Shown here piece after piece: positions 1-13,850 of a stretch of 63,688 bases of DNA. The stretch is from Lama glama. Taxonomy: Eukaryota. Under the pieces are notes generated by a model that saw only the letters and a program-made list of their open reading frames with translations, was not told the origin of the DNA and searched no databases. Location of the stretch: contig CM052816.1 of NCBI GenBank assembly GCA_028534125.1, positions 57,662,313-57,726,000 of the forward strand, written 5' to 3'. Both the position numbers and the translations under genes were made by a program. The number at the start of each line of letters is the position of its first letter. Position 1 is the first letter of the stretch.

Positions 1-245
1 CTGAATCAGGGGACAGATGAGCATTTTGGATTTTGTCACTGATGTATGTGACTTCGGGCAAAGGGTACAGACTCTTCTCTGTGTGTTCACGTGCTCACGT
101 GTGCATGGGGTTGTGTCACCCGTGCTGGAAATCCAGTGCCATGTATTGTGCCAGCATTGGTGTCATGGGAATGCAGAGAATAAGACTCTGTCCTGGCTCC
201 TACAAACCTACTGAATACCATTATGTGCTTTCTGATACACATGTA

Positions 246-248
<3 letters not shown>

Positions 249-280
<32 letters not shown>
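249..280. repeat. (AC)16 microsatellite
   Basis: Perfect AC dinucleotide run read directly. Confidence 0.97.
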
Positions 281-284
<4 letters not shown>

Positions 285-999
285 CTAGAGGCTGGATCAT
301 AGTAGCTCCTTGCTGTAGCTATAACTCAACACTCCATTTTATTTTTCAAAATTCAGTGAAATGGAGACAGTCCAAGGCTGGTTTTCTTTTGCTACCATAG
401 ATGTCCACATAATTGCTGGATTGTCTAAGTAGGGAAAATGGCAATGTCCTTACCTCAAGGCAGACAAGGACATGACAGCCAAATCCAGAGAGATGGAATA
501 GACAAAGCAAATCAGAGATTTATAGAGTTGAGTCTAGGAGAACCAGAAATAGAATTGTATTAGGGAAGATCCTTGGTTATATTTGAATTTTTGCAGAGTC
601 CACTTAACTTACTACCTTCTTGATATCTTGTGGCTTTCACTAAACCTTGTGCTCAAAGGGACAGTCTTTGTTTTACTAACCAAACCCAGATTCTTCCTAT
701 ATTTGCACTCAGACTCCAGTAATGATGTGGGCATGCTTTGATTACCTTAAAACATCAAAGACTGGTTAGAATAAATATTTTTAACTTTCTGAGCAATTTA
801 CACGGAGATGGGGTTTTGTTTGGGAGTAGGGGATGAATGTAAATGGGGACATCTGTATGAATACTCGAAATCCAAGCTGAAGAGAATCTCAAGTTTATTC
901 TGGACTCAGCACTGCAGTAGGACCTAAGGATTAAATTTCGACCAGAGTATGAAATCTGTTGTTTTCCATTAGGAAGGAGAAGAAAATAAATATGTCTCA

Positions 1000-1175
1000 G
1001 TTCCTGATGTGTGCTAGGCACTTTACATATGTTAATTTATTTGATCCTGACTATAAATCTCTAAGGAGATATTTTATTCTCTTGACAAATGAAGAAACGT
1101 GAAGAGGACACGCAGTAGCTGTAGAGCCAAGGCCAGAAGTGTAACCTATAGTCTGAAGCCACTGTTCCATGTGGT
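1000..1175 (-). mobile_element. MIR SINE fragment
   Basis: tgtgtgctaggcactttacatatgttaatttatttgatcct...acaaatgaagaaac resembles the reverse-complement MIR core. Confidence 0.7.
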
Positions 1176-1974
1176 CTTGTCAAACCACATCTCTGCTATA
1201 TTCTTTCTCCACATTTAATTTAATTCATTTTGTTCCTCGTACTGTGCAAGTGGTGTGGCACATACAAAAGAATAAGATGAACTCTCTCGGAGAGGTTACT
1301 AATTTGAGAGAAATTAGAGCCACAGAAGTGAAGTAATTAGAGTGTATTTTGTATATAACCAATATGTGAGAAGATGTTGAGTTAATGAGTAAGTAAAATT
1401 CAACTGAGTGCAAATAGATGGATGTTAAATGAGGTCCTACTAGGGACTCCATCCTAGAACAGGTAGAAAAGGTTTCATGGGAGAGGTGGCACTGGACACT
1501 GATAGACAAAGTGGACAAAATGAGCAAGGAGGTGTGGGCTCACTGGTTTGGGTTAAGAAATTTAATCCTCTGCAGAACTGAAGCATCTTCCAAGAATTTC
1601 TATAATCCAGCACTGGACACACAGTAAGAACAAATAAATACTAGTTAGATGGTTTACTCATGCAGTCCTTGAAAGTATATATACACCTGCAGGTCTTTTA
1701 AACTTAAATAAGAACCCGAAGAAGAAAGGGCACCTCCACTATGACTTTTTCACTTATTCAGATGATTTTGCAACTGTGTTGGACTGTATAGTTTACAGAG
1801 CACCTTCAAATTTGTCAAGACTGAATGAGGAAATATATAGCATAGTGCCACTTTAATTATTAGCAGCTACTTCACTAAGTCTTTGTAATTTCTTTTATTT
1901 CTTTTTTTTTTTTTTTGCCCTTCTTGTAAATCATTTGCGCTGTTTTGAAGCATTTTTGGCTTAACTACTTTTTA

Positions 1975-3335
1975 AAAAATTGTTTGTGAGGTGTAATTTA
2001 CATAGAATAAAGTACACCCACCAGCAAGGTGTCAGAGTTCCTGTTGCCCCATACCCTTACCAATCCTTGTCTTCTTTATTTTAGCCATTCTAGAGGTTTT
2101 GCAGTTGTATCTCCTTGTGGTTTTAATTTGCTTTTCCCTGATGATCAGTGATATTAAGCATCTTTTCATGTGCTTCTTTGCCATTTGTATGTGTTTTGTG
2201 ACGTGACTGCCTAAATCTGCCTATTTTTAATTGATTGTCTTATTATTGAGTTGTAAGAGTTCTTCATATATTCTGGTACTTCATCAGATATATGTCATGA
2301 ATATTTCCCCCTAGTCTTTGTCTTCTCTTTTCATTTTCTTAATGGTATTTTCTAAACAACATAAACTTCATTTTGATGAAGTCCAGTTTAATCAATTTTT
2401 CTCTTATTGTTTGTGTTTTTTTCTGTCCTATCTAAGAAATCTTTACTTACTCCAAGGTTGCAAAGACTTTCTCTTGTGTTTTATCCTAGTTTTATAGGTT
2501 TAGTTCTTATATTTAAATCTGTGATCCATTTCAAGTTAATTTTTATGTTTCTTGTGAGATAAGGGTTGAGGTTCATTTTTGTCTGAGGATATCCAGTTGT
2601 TTCAGCAACATTTGTAGAAGATTATCCTTTCCCCCATCAAATTGCCGTGGCACCTTTAAAAAAAATCTGTTTTGAAAAAAAAATCTATGTGTGGGCCTAC
2701 GTCTGGACTCTCCATTGATCTCTATGCCTATTGTTCCACTGATACCAGACAGTCTTGATTACTTAGCTTTATAGTAAATCTTAAAATAAGTCAGTATAAA
2801 TCCTCCAGCTGTGTTCGTCTTTTTCTAAATTGTTTTGACTCATCTAGGTTCTTTGTATTCTCGTAAAAATTACAGAATCAGCTTGTCAATTTCCGTTTTA
2901 AAAAAGCCTGTTAAAAGTTTGATAGGCATTGCATTGAATTCTATATATCAATTTGGGGAGAATTCACATCTTAGCTATATCTAGTTCCCCAATATTGAGT
3001 ATAGCATATTACTGCATTTATTTAGGTCTTTAATTTTTCTCAGCAATGGTTTCTAGATTTAAGTGTAGAAGTACTACAAAAACTTAGTTAAATTTATCCC
3101 AATGTATTTCATGTTTTTAGATATACTTCTAAATTGAATTTATAAAATTTAATTAACTAATTCTTTATTGTGATATGTATAAGTACAGATGATTTTTTTT
3201 ACCTTATATATGGCCTTGCTAAATTCATTTATTAATTTGTAGATTTCTTAGGATTTTCTAGGCTTACAGCTTTCTTTTCTGCAAAGTCAGACTTACTCCT
3301 TCCTTTCCAACCTCTATGCCCTTCATTTATTTTTA
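1975..3335 (-). mobile_element. L1 (L1M-type) ORF2 3' region/3' end, degenerate
   Basis: T-rich antisense L1 hallmarks: ttgtggttttaatttgcttttccctgatg, gcatcttttcatgtgctt, atccagttgtttcagcaacatttg, ggcattgcattgaatt. Confidence 0.9.
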
Positions 3336-3339
3336 TTGT

Positions 3340-3640
3340 GTGTATTAGTAGTTCCTTTTATTGTTGAGTATTATTCTATTGTATGGATATACCCCAGTTT
3401 TCTTTCATCCATTTGCTTATCAATGGATAATTGGGTCATTTTCAGCTTTGAGGTATTACAAATAAAGCTACTATGAACATTTGTTTACAGTTCTTAGTGT
3501 GGACATGGGCTTTAGTTTCTCTTTGGTCAATACTAGGAGTAGAATGGCTAGCTCATGGTACAGGTGTATATATACTTTTGTAAGAAAACACCAAACTACT
3601 TTCCAAAGTAGTTGTACTATTTTATATTCCCACTGGCAGA
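3340..3640 (-). mobile_element. L1 ORF2-end/3' UTR fragment
   Basis: gagtattattctattgtatggatatac, aaataaagctactatgaacatt, ggagtagaatggct, ttccaaagtagttgtac. Confidence 0.85.
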
Positions 3641-3769
3641 AAGCCCCATGAATTTCTTCACTGGTGTGTGTTTCCTGCCTGCCAAGTAGACTCAGCTCTC
3701 ATTTTGTTGCTTGCTATAATGGTCATTTTCTTCCTTTTAACACAACCCATCTTTAAATATCTCTCATGC

Positions 3770-4160
3770 TCCAGCTACATGGTCCCCTCTAAGGGGCTGA
3801 AACACAGAGCTACTTCCAGCCTTATGACCTTCATACAAGTTGCTCCCTCTCCCTTGAACACTCGTCCTTCGGCTGTTCACACATTGTCACTTTCTTGTTG
3901 TTCAGGTCTCAGGTTGTATATCACTGCCTCTGAGAGACCTTTCCTAACTGCTCTATCTAGTCAGCCTCCCATCCACACCATTCATCTCTATTGGTTCTTT
4001 TCTTTGTAACACTACTTGTAATTACATTATTATTTGTTTATTGACTTGGTTATATCTGCTTCTCTCGGTAAATAGTGAATTTCACGAGAGCAGCCTGATC
4101 TACCATATATTTATAAATACCTAGATTAGAACATAGTAAATGTCCAGTGAATAAGTGAGC
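3770..4160 (+). mobile_element. L2 LINE 3' end
   Basis: tcaggtctcag...tcactgcctctgagagacctttcctaac, gtgaatttcacgagagcag and a terminal catagtaaatg...gaataagtga follow the L2 3' consensus pattern. Confidence 0.75.
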
Positions 4161-5354
4161 TTCTCCCTCTGGGAGGACCTGGGAGTCCTTGCCATATCCA
4201 CAGCCCCGGTTCTACATGTGATTGACAGGCTTTGTGCCACCTGCCACCCTTGGTGACTCACAATGCACATTCCTATGTTGAAGGCTCTGAAAGTCCTTGC
4301 AGGAAAAAACAAATCTGTTAAACTCAATATTTCTCGAAAGTATTCGATCACTGAACCCTTTCTTTGTGGCTTGTTTTGACCTCCTATACAAAGTGTTCTA
4401 TAGAATCCTTATTTGGAAAATGCTAGTTAAATTCTAGCTAGATTCCCAACTCAGTTCAGCAGCCTGAGTACATGGAATAATGGTCATCACAACTGACTTA
4501 AAAAGATACCCTCAGAAGTTAGCTCTGGAAAAATGCCACTTAATCTGCCTTATCTCTGAGGCTTTCTAGTTTTCATTGGGAAGACAGTTTAAACAACATG
4601 GAACTCTCTCACTATTCCCAATCCAAGTACTTTTCTCCCCTTTAGAATAATTAGTGGCATATGATTTTATTAAGACTTGAAACTGCACACATCACAAATA
4701 AGATTCAGTAATGATTAATGTTGATGCATACATGATATTTTGATATGGCCTAAAGAAAATGATTAAACTTTCAGCTTTAAAAATAATTCAGGTAATTTGT
4801 GCAGTGGACTTTCGCACTCCATTTGTCTCCAATTTTATTCCTGAATTAATAGTTAAACTTTGTGTACTTTTATTGTTGACAATTATAATAACCAAGGAAA
4901 TGGTACTAAATACTGTCCTTGCTGTTCCTACTGCTTTTATCTTCCTTCTCCATTTCTTCCCTTCTCCTCCTCTTTCAGAAGGATGGAGTGAAGAACATAG
5001 TGAAGAATGGTCCTACAGACTTGTTCAACAAAAATAAGTGCTCGTATATTGATGCAGCTCAACTGTTACATATTTTTATGCCTCCCTCAAAATGGACTCA
5101 TCAAATCAGCTGATTAAATGTCTCCCCTTGAGTAGAAAAAGATTTTTCAATATAAGCAAAAAGTTGGTAAATAAGAGCTAACTAGGATTATAATAAATTG
5201 TGAAATTTCCTTTAACTCTTCTGTGCTTTGAACAGCTTCAAATTTTCCCAGTCCATGTAGGTTTAGCACATAAAGGGCTACTAGAGTTGGCTGCTTCTCC
5301 TTGTGGGAGCACACTTCCTTTTAAGTCTTTGAGTCTAGTTATAGCAGCGTCTCA

Positions 5355-5990
5355 AAAATCCTTATCTGCTAATTTCATCTGGGTTATCTCAGGGTTGGTC
5401 TTCCTTCATTGCCTTTGTCTCTTGAACATAGGTCACATTTTCTTGTTTCTTTATATGTGAAGTAATTTTTTAATTGTATCCTTGACGTTATGAACAGACA
5501 TTGTAGAGACTCTTGATTTTTTTTTTTTCAGGAAGAACCAAAGTCTAAAACATCAGTTCAGTGCTTTAGCCTTAGTTGGTTTGCTTGGAGTTGGCCTGGC
5601 ACATGAGTGGTTCAGGGGTCAGCTAGAAACTTGAGCAGAGTTTATAAGCAGATTTGGGGGCTCCTCTTCTCTGACTCTGTTCTCTCAGGAATTTCTCCTC
5701 TCCCTTTCCAGGTGCTGTGGTTGCCCTGAGCTTGGCTCCCTGGTTCTTCAAGCAATGAGGTTATAGGTTTCTGTGATCTGCAGATTGTGGACTTGTCTGC
5801 CCTCAGGCTAAACATTGTAAAACAAAGCAAAACAAAAAATAGGATGCTCACCCAGTGCCCTTCCCTTCTTCCAGTTTTCAAACCCACTCCAGCATCTGCC
5901 TGCTTTTCCTTATTCGTCAGTGTTTTCAGGTAGTGGGCTTTTAGTACTCTGTTGAGTTTATAGTTACTGTTTGCAGGAGGATTGATTCAA
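5355..5990 (-). mobile_element. Old L1 5'-region fragment
   Basis: ttatctgctaatttcatctgggttatctcaggg, ggtcacattttcttgtttcttt, aattgtatccttgacgttatg are typical of antisense L1M 5'/ORF1-proximal sequence. Confidence 0.6.
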
Positions 5991-7065
5991 TAAGCGTGCC
6001 TTAGGTATTGCTGAAAGTGGACCTGGTCCTCGTGGGAGATGTCCAGTTCCTACAACAATTCAGAGAGGACCTGAGAAGAGACATAATTGTAGGCTTTCTT
6101 AACAGATCATAGGATAACTTGTGATAACTCATGTACACGTGTGTCTCTAAGATGGCTCTTCCTGTTATTTTTTTTGAAGACTGCCTTACATTTAAACAAG
6201 TTAATTTCCTCTCAGCCATTTGCCAGGACTTTCTGCCTACTTGCAGAAGAATGCCCACAGAATCCTCCCATAGGCTAGGACTAGGTGGGGAGAGCCAGCC
6301 TTCCAGAGCAGCTGTCCTTTAAAGATGTGTTCCCAGAGGTAAACATAGACCCAAGACCTGCCTCTCCCATGTGTAGGCTGGACTCTCTAGAGGTTGCCCC
6401 ACTCCCCAGGAAGCCTGCCTCTCAGGGCACATTTCTGCTGCATGGTAACTGGTTCAGCCAGCATCCAAAGTCACTCCCAATGGCAGGAATTCAAAACAGT
6501 TCTCCTGCTCAAGGTATGTTACCAGGCATCACAGACACCAGAGAGGGACAGAAAGGAAAAGGCTAATAGAGCCAATAGAGACACTCTCTATAGGGAACAC
6601 ATGTTCTTGAAACCCTGTACGCAACTTGGCTACTGGTTTTATGTACATACCGTTAGACTGGAAAGAACCTTACTGACATCTCTCCACCCACACTGAACAA
6701 TATAACACTTCCCTTCTCCCAACCTTCTCCTCTGCTTCTGCTACAGAATTACTTGGTTTTTCCAAAGGTCAAGCCTCAGCAAGTACACTAAGGGATGTCA
6801 TCCCCATTCCCAACATGTAACCCCCAATCCTTCCACCTCTACCACAAGGAAAGGCCAATCATGATTTACCCTTTGAAGCACATGGCACTCAAAGGAGGCT
6901 GAATATAATGGGGGCTCTATTAGAAAAGAAGAAGGGGGAAGAATTGTTGAGCAGATAGTCAACAGCACCAACTTCACCTGGATATTCTTTTTTAAACCTA
7001 GCTAGATATTAATATGTTTTAAAGTCTTTGTTAAAAAGAACACCATGAATTTCATTATCCACTTG

Positions 7066-7232
7066 TTCTCAAACCTGGCTGCACACAGCAATCATGTAAG
7101 GGAGCTCTTTAGAAAATGCTGATGCCGGGGTCCCTCCTGCATTCTGTGTTAACTGGTCTGGGGCACCGTCTGGGCACAAGGATTTTTAAAAACTCTTCAG
7201 TTATCTAAAAAGAGGAAAATTTAAGAAACATC
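7066..7232. mobile_element. MER5-family hAT-Charlie DNA transposon
   Basis: gttctcaaacctggctgcaca...aatca...gggagctctttagaaaatgctgatgcc...aactggtctgggg...atttttaaaaactc. Confidence 0.8.
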
Positions 7233-8364
7233 ATCATAGTCCACATTCCACATGGAAAACAGAACTAGAAATGTAGTTGCAGTTAAAATCTAGTGTCAGT
7301 AACTATAGATCGTTGATAACTGGTGTATGCGCTGTAATTTGTATGGCCTGTCATCTGTGCACACAAGGTTAAAACTCAATTTTAGCATTTCGAATAATCA
7401 TGTGAGCCCTCCCCCCCCAACCTCGACAGCACTAATTCATGGAAAAATCCCTGTCTAGACCTCCCCCTCATTCTGACCTTGGGATTGTCCAAGAAAACCC
7501 CTGCAGCTTACTCAGTTCAAAGGCCAGTTCTGATTTAAGCATTTCACAAAGAAAGAGATGTGGAATTTGTTCCCTCCTCCAGCAGGTCCTCTACCTTTTC
7601 CTGCCATTATTTCTGTTACCGCTGCATGACACCCCTTATTTAAGGTAGGTGTTCAGGCACTGCCTGCAGCTACAGGGATGCCTCTGCTGGAAGCAACCAG
7701 CAATAGCTTTTCAGCTATTATAAAAATAATGAAGTTACACTTCACCAGGCACCCACTACGTCTACCTACTCTTCCAAATCTCTAACTGAAAGAAAACATG
7801 AAAGGTTTATTTTTGTTTGTTTTTATAGTTTTGTTTTGTTAGCTGGTTAGATGGAACTTGCACCAGAAATGCTTCCTTTTAAAAGCAGCTACTGATTTAT
7901 TTCCCTGCCTGGGACTTGTGTCCCATCTCAATTATCCAAACATAAGGTGAGCAGGCACTTAGTACCCTGGAAGGTAAAATGGCATTTGTAGCCTTAAAAA
8001 AAAAAAGATTTCTGCCCATTCTGCCTTTGTTAAAAGAAAAAAAATTGTAGAAAGGGAGATGAAGACTTTCTGGAAAGACAGATGTAACAAGGGCCATCTC
8101 AGGAAAACCCACAGGGAAGGAAGAGGGTCTGGCTGGTGACCTGGGCTGAGTACCAGGCCTGGACGTCCCTGTAAGGAGAGCTGGTACAGCTCAGCATGTG
8201 GTTGAAGCTAGAAGCCATCCCCAACTTCCCAGGTATAAGGGGCTCAACGAAAATGCTTATCTCAGGAGCCCCAGCAGGGGGCCCCACTCGGCCTGTTGCC
8301 AATCCTGGATGTCCCAGTGAGAGAGACAACCCAGTCCCCAGCACAGACCGCTGGATTACCTAGA

Positions 8365-8663
8365 TTGGCAGCCCCTAGTCACACATGGATTTTGAGCTCT
8401 TGAAATGTGGCTGGTCTGAATAAAGATACGTGCTGCAAGTGGAAAATGCATACTGGATTTTGAAAACAATATAAAAAAAGTTTGTAAAATAGCTCAATAA
8501 TTTTTATGTTGACTGCATGTACAAATGATAACTTTTTTGCATATATTAAGTTAAAAATACATTATTGAAAATAATTTCATCCTAATGTGGCCACTAAAAA
8601 TTGTTCAGTGGCATACGTGGCCCATATTTGTGGCTTGCGTTGTATTTCTGTTGGATAGTGCTG
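8365..8663 (-). mobile_element. MER33-like hAT-Charlie element
   Basis: ctagtcacacatgg...ttgaaatgtggct...atactggattttgaa...tatttctgttggatagtgctg terminus; reverse-complement homologue of the copy at 45129-45450. Confidence 0.8.
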
Positions 8664-8709
8664 GTCTGGATGATCTTGTTCTCAAGGCTGGAGCCATTCA
8701 GAAGCAGGG

Positions 8710-9130
8710 ATTATCACTTAGGGCATGTCAGTGTTCAGGTGGCAGAAACCTCAGGTCAAGTGGTATAAATAATAATGAGAAAACTGTCCAGGGCTGGAAA
8801 GCGCTGGGGTTGTTAACATGCTCAATGGCATCATTAGGACCTGGTACTTCCCATTTTTCCAGTCTATTCTCTGCTCTCATCTGGCTCAGCTCAAGGGGAG
8901 TATGTATCTGTGGAAGTCCCTTAAGTCACATCCAGACATTTTTAATGTCCAAAGGAAATAAGGTTGGGGGGTTGACAATCTTATCTCTCTTATCAGGAGT
9001 GAGGAAATCTTCCCCACATGTGCCCCTTCTTCTTGCCTCTCCCTTGCTCTCATGTCTAATTGGCCAGAATTGGGTCACATAGCCCATGCTGAGTCACTCA
9101 CTAGCTAAGTAATCAGACACTGCATGGCTT
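8710..9130 (-). mobile_element. MLT1 (ERVL-MaLR) solo LTR, old subfamily
   Basis: ctcaatggcatcattaggacc, catgtctaattggccagaattgggtcacat motifs of MLT1J/K/L-like LTRs. Confidence 0.65.
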
Positions 9131-9649
9131 TGGAGTAATCTGGAATGAGACATTTGTTAGAAAGAAAACCAGGACCATGGCAGGAAGAAGGGCTATTTTG
9201 GACCAAACAACCCATGACATCCTTTGACAATTCAGGGAGAGGACATATTTCTGGCTAAGGGTCATTACACATTCTGCTATCCCAGGTGAGCAGATTTAGT
9301 CTGAAACACAATGGAGCTGTTATTTGATTTGTATCTCCAGGCTACAGAAGCTTACTAAGTATATTTACATAAATAGACAAACAAAGCAGATAAAATCCCT
9401 TAGCTCAGTGTGCTGAAATGGAGAGAGCACTATATCCTGATCAAGAGACGTGACTTTAATAACACCTTGCTATGGCATCTGTGAAGGTGGGCTTTGGGTT
9501 GTTAACCTTCCAAATTAATGTCCAAAGATTTTGAGTCAAGATAGCAAAGTAATCACATGAATATTTCTCCCTACTGTAATACAAACACATAGGAATGGTG
9601 ATATAAATGAAATATAAAACATTAAAAAATACACATCATACCAAAGGAT

Positions 9650-10450
9650 TCAGGACCCAACATGGCCGGAAGGAGAGGGAGCAGAAGGTAATTTCCACAT
9701 AGCACCAAACAATTCTCAGGGCACCAGCTTAGTGTCCTACAACTCAACTCAGTTCTGACACTATTTACCTGAAGATGGTGCCAGATCTCACAGATTAGGG
9801 TCTCAGTCCCGTAAGACTGCCCTGTCCCACTTGCATCAGATGCCAACTGCAATTCCAGGTTGTCACCTGTGCTTCTGACCAAATTGCTATGGATCAGAGG
9901 TGCCCATGACCCCCTCCTCAGGTTCAATTAATCTGTTAGAGTGAATCACAGAACTCAGGGGAAACCAGTTTACTTACTAGATTACCAGTTTATTATAAAA
10001 GAATCTAACTAAGGAACAGCCAGATGGAAGAGACACAAAGGGCAAGGTATGGGGAAAGGGCGAGGCACTTCCCAGAGTCTCCATATGTTCCCCAACCCAG
10101 AAGCTCTCTGAACCCCGGCCTTCTGGGGTTTTATGGAGGCTTTATTACCTAGGTATGAGTATTTAAATAATTGGTCATTGGCTATTGATTTAACCTCCAG
10201 CATTTCTCCTCCCCAGGGGTGGGGGTGGACTAGGGAGTGGGACTGGAAGTTACAGCCCTCTAATCACGTGTTTGGCTTCACTGGCAACCAGCCCCCAACC
10301 TTAGGTGTCCGCCAAAAGTCATCTCATTAACATAACAAAAGATACCTTTTCATTCATACCACTTCAGAAGTTCCAAGCGTTTTAGGAACTGTGTTAGAAA
10401 CACTGGAGGAAGACCAAACACATATTTCTTATTATAAATTACAAAATTAC
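9650..10450 (-). mobile_element. MER21-like ERV solo LTR
   Basis: tcagttctgacactatttacctg, ggttgtcacctgtgcttctgacc, ggaacagccagatggaagag, and terminal aagaccaaacacatatttcttattataaattaca match the recalled MER21 consensus. Confidence 0.8.
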
Positions 10451-11919
10451 TCATACTCAGAAACTAAAGGAAAAATCTCTTTTAAAAATTAAAAATAGCA
10501 AATGTTTGGAAAGTTGACATCATGGGGCATGTGGAAAGTAGGTTCTGCCCAAGTTCCTTTGGAAATGCAGCCAAGTGAACTCGATGCATCATGGTGGACC
10601 AGGTTCCCTGAGTGAAGCAGGATGGTGGGATAGCACCTTCACAAGGGAACTGGGACTGAAATAACTGCTTGACCACCAGCGATGGTAGACAAGTTCCACT
10701 TGCCTACAGGGGCACAGACTGAAACTGGAGTCTCTGACATCAGAGCTACTATATCACAGCGCTCAACCCTTCTGGTTGAAAGACCTGTGGCTGTTCAGTT
10801 CCCAGGTAGCCCTAGGATTCATGTCATTCTCAAGGTCAGCCCCAGGGATCTCCTGCGATCTCCAGATTTCTTTGTGGAGTACCCACTCCCCACTCCCACC
10901 TTACCATTTGAGCATACGTCTCCAAAATGTCTGTTAATATGACAAGCAGTCATATTAGCTCATTATAAAACATACACAAAAGAAATTTTTAAAGGATGGG
11001 AAAAAACCATAAAAAAAAACATACTTTGTTTCCTGCTAATTACAATGGCCCTATTTGATCATGAGTGGAGATTATCTGATATTAGTTGAGGTTTTCATTA
11101 ATGATTAGGGTATAAATCTGTATTTCAAAAAGCTTTCTTAATAGTGTTTAGTATTTTCAGCAGGCTTCTTTGCAGATCTGATTAGATTATATTGTTTTTA
11201 CTTTGTAATATGATTGAAGGAGTAGGGGAAATGTCAGCTCTGCCATTTTCTTGCTCTTTGCTTAAGCTTGCCCTATTAATATTCTATTCCATTTGTAATT
11301 TTTTGGCAGTAATGTTTTTAAACCAATTGTTCAAATTGTTAGTTGGCAACACACAGGTTGTATTATGTTACAATACCCTGAAAGGCAATGAAGGAATTTT
11401 GGTATACAGATCAACCACTTCCCATTGTGGAATTCACAGTTTTCCCTCAGGATAACTCCAGCTCTGTTTGTGACCTGTGACCTTCTTACATATGGACCAA
11501 GTGAGGGCACCAGTGTCATTAGGTATATCAAATGTTGATAAATATAAATTTCTTATGAGGAAGGATGAATATAAATCTTTTTGGAAGTTATGCCCAGCCT
11601 TCTTTAAAGACCAATGAGTTGCATTTTTCATTTGCTCTTTCAAGTTGGAGATTCTGATGAGAGTATGAAAAATCATTTGAAGGGGTATTTATGCAACCTT
11701 TAACTAAGGCCTGTCCACCTCTAACATATCATTTTCATATGCCACCTCAGATACCTTCTTGCCCAGTAGCTGACAGAGGCTTAACAGAATTCAGTTTTAT
11801 CTCAGCAGAGGGCGTCCCTTCCTTCTAGGAATGTAGCAAGCTCTTAAGCAGCAAGAGGTTGGGACCTATGAAAAGAGGTCATAAGAGCAGTCTCTATGTC
11901 TACAAAGGCTAAATGAAGC

Positions 11920-12050
11920 TCACTCATTATCCTTTATTCATTTCCTGGGGGAATTGAAGTCCAGAGAGCTGCTCAGAATCCATGGTTAGCTGATGGCTAA
12001 ACCAGCACCTGAATTCAGGCCTTGCACCCTCTGTCCAGTGCACTCTAATA
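11920..12050 (-). mobile_element. MIR fragment, highly diverged
   Basis: attatcctt...ggggaattgaagtccagagag...cctgaattcagg. Confidence 0.45.
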
Positions 12051-12097
12051 TTCTTGCAGCCCTCGGATGTGCACTTGTTAAGCAATAGTTAACTCTA

Positions 12098-12650
12098 GCC
12101 CATTTTTATTTAATGTAATTATTGATATATTTGAATTTTAATCTGTCATCTTATTTTATGATTTCATTATATCCAACCTCTTCTGTAATTCTTTGTCTTT
12201 TGTTTTCTGACTAATTTTGGATTGACTAGGATTTGTTTATAATTATTTTTTCTCCTTTAATATTTTGAAAGATTTACACTAGTTTTCTCCTCTTTTAGGG
12301 TTAGCTTAGAAACTATTTTTTTAATATTTATTATTTTATTTTTAACCTTGCATTGTTAACTTATCTAAATCTGGCATAAACACTGATCTTTATCATTGGC
12401 CTATAAAATTCAGAAATATAACACTTTAACACCACTTACCCCCATCCCAACTCATTCGCTATTGTTGTCAAAATTTTAAATTCTATATAATTTTTAAATT
12501 CCATAGATACTTTTTTTTGCCCTTTATTTTTTCCTATATCCCAAACTTTCCATCTGGATCATTTTACTTTATTCTGGCATACATCTTTTAGAATTTCCCA
12601 AACTCTCTCATTTAAAAAAGTCTTCATTCATCTTTATTATTGAGATTGCC

Positions 12651-12691
<41 letters not shown>

Positions 12692-13850
12692 CACATACTG
12701 GAAATAGAATTCTAAGCAGACAGTTGTTTTCTTTTAGCATGTTGATGATACCATTTTACTGTCTTGTGACTTCCATTATTGATTTTTAGAAGTCAGCTGT
12801 CAATTTAACTATACATCTTTGAAGGTACTATGTCACTATGTCCTTTTCCCTATGGCTGCTTTTAATATATGGTATATATACAGTTCAGTTTCTTTGGTTT
12901 CCTATGATTTTATTATGATGTGTCTGGGAGTGCTGAGTAGATACACTGTGTAGGAACAATTAGGCTTTTTGACTCTATGGATTGATGTTTTCCATCAGTT
13001 CTGTATATGCTCCGCTGTTATATCTTTAAAAATTATTACCTTTGGCTCTCTCTTTTCCTCAAATGTAGAATCTTCTTCAAACAAGAGTCCCCTCTCTCTC
13101 TCTCTCTCTTTTTTTCCCTCAAATATAACAAGGTGGTTTAATAGTTTGTGGCTAATAATTTCAACAGACATTAACTCCAGTGCTTATGAGCCTATTTTAA
13201 TTGTCTGTTGTTTTTACTGGCTCTTGCTCAGTGTATTTTGTTTCCTTGGATGATGTGATTTTTGACAGTGTGTTGGACATTGTATTTTAAAAATTATTTG
13301 TCAGATTAATTTGAGGCTTAGCATTATAACATCTTCTTCCAAAGAGGATTTTCATTTGCCTCTGCCAGATCCCTGAGGTCCTACCAGTCTACCAAGTTCA
13401 AGGCTTGAGGTTCCATAGGCCCCTCAGATAACACAAAGCCAGAAGGAAGTTTTTGCAGGAATTAGTTTAGTCATGATTCACTTTATCTGAAGCTGCAATT
13501 CTTTGGGATCTCAGTTTAAAGTGGAGATAATTTACTACCCCACCTCTCGTAGGTTGCATGTCTTTTGTCTTTTGCCCCCTGACCTCAGGTATTTGTCAAA
13601 AATACAGCTCAGTTTTACAGCTGTTTCTTTAGAATTGGCAAATGCTCTTAAGGAAAAAATCAAGTTTGAATATCAGTCTTGTTCTTTGGGTTCTTTTACT
13701 GTAGATTTTGGCTTTTAGGCTTCTCACTACTTTGTTACCATTTTGATGCATTTAAAAAAATGTTTTTTATATTTTATCCAGTTTTTTAGGTTTTCTTAGT
13801 GGGATGGCTGATCAAAATTTCCTAATCATCATTTATAGGGAGTAAAAGTT
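12098..13850 (-). mobile_element. Old L1 (L1ME-like) ORF1/5' region, fragmented
   Basis: ccatttttatttaatgtaattattgatat, ggaaatagaattcta, agaagtcagctgtcaattt, ttggacattgtatttt. Confidence 0.75.
12651..12690. repeat. Compound microsatellite (CT)11(AT)9
   Basis: Read directly; lies within the L1 fragment. Confidence 0.95.

Noticed and set aside
4940..5040. Strong plus-strand acceptor at 4978
   Set aside because: No convincing donor or recognisable coding frame follows.
8585..9082. 165-aa ORF
   Set aside because: Spans MER33 and MLT1 remnants; no recognisable domain.
11040..11760. Unique AT-rich stretch considered as a possible endogenous viral element or processed pseudogene
   Set aside because: Short frames resemble nothing I recognise, and there is no poly(A) tail or TSD; a tblastx search would be needed to revisit.
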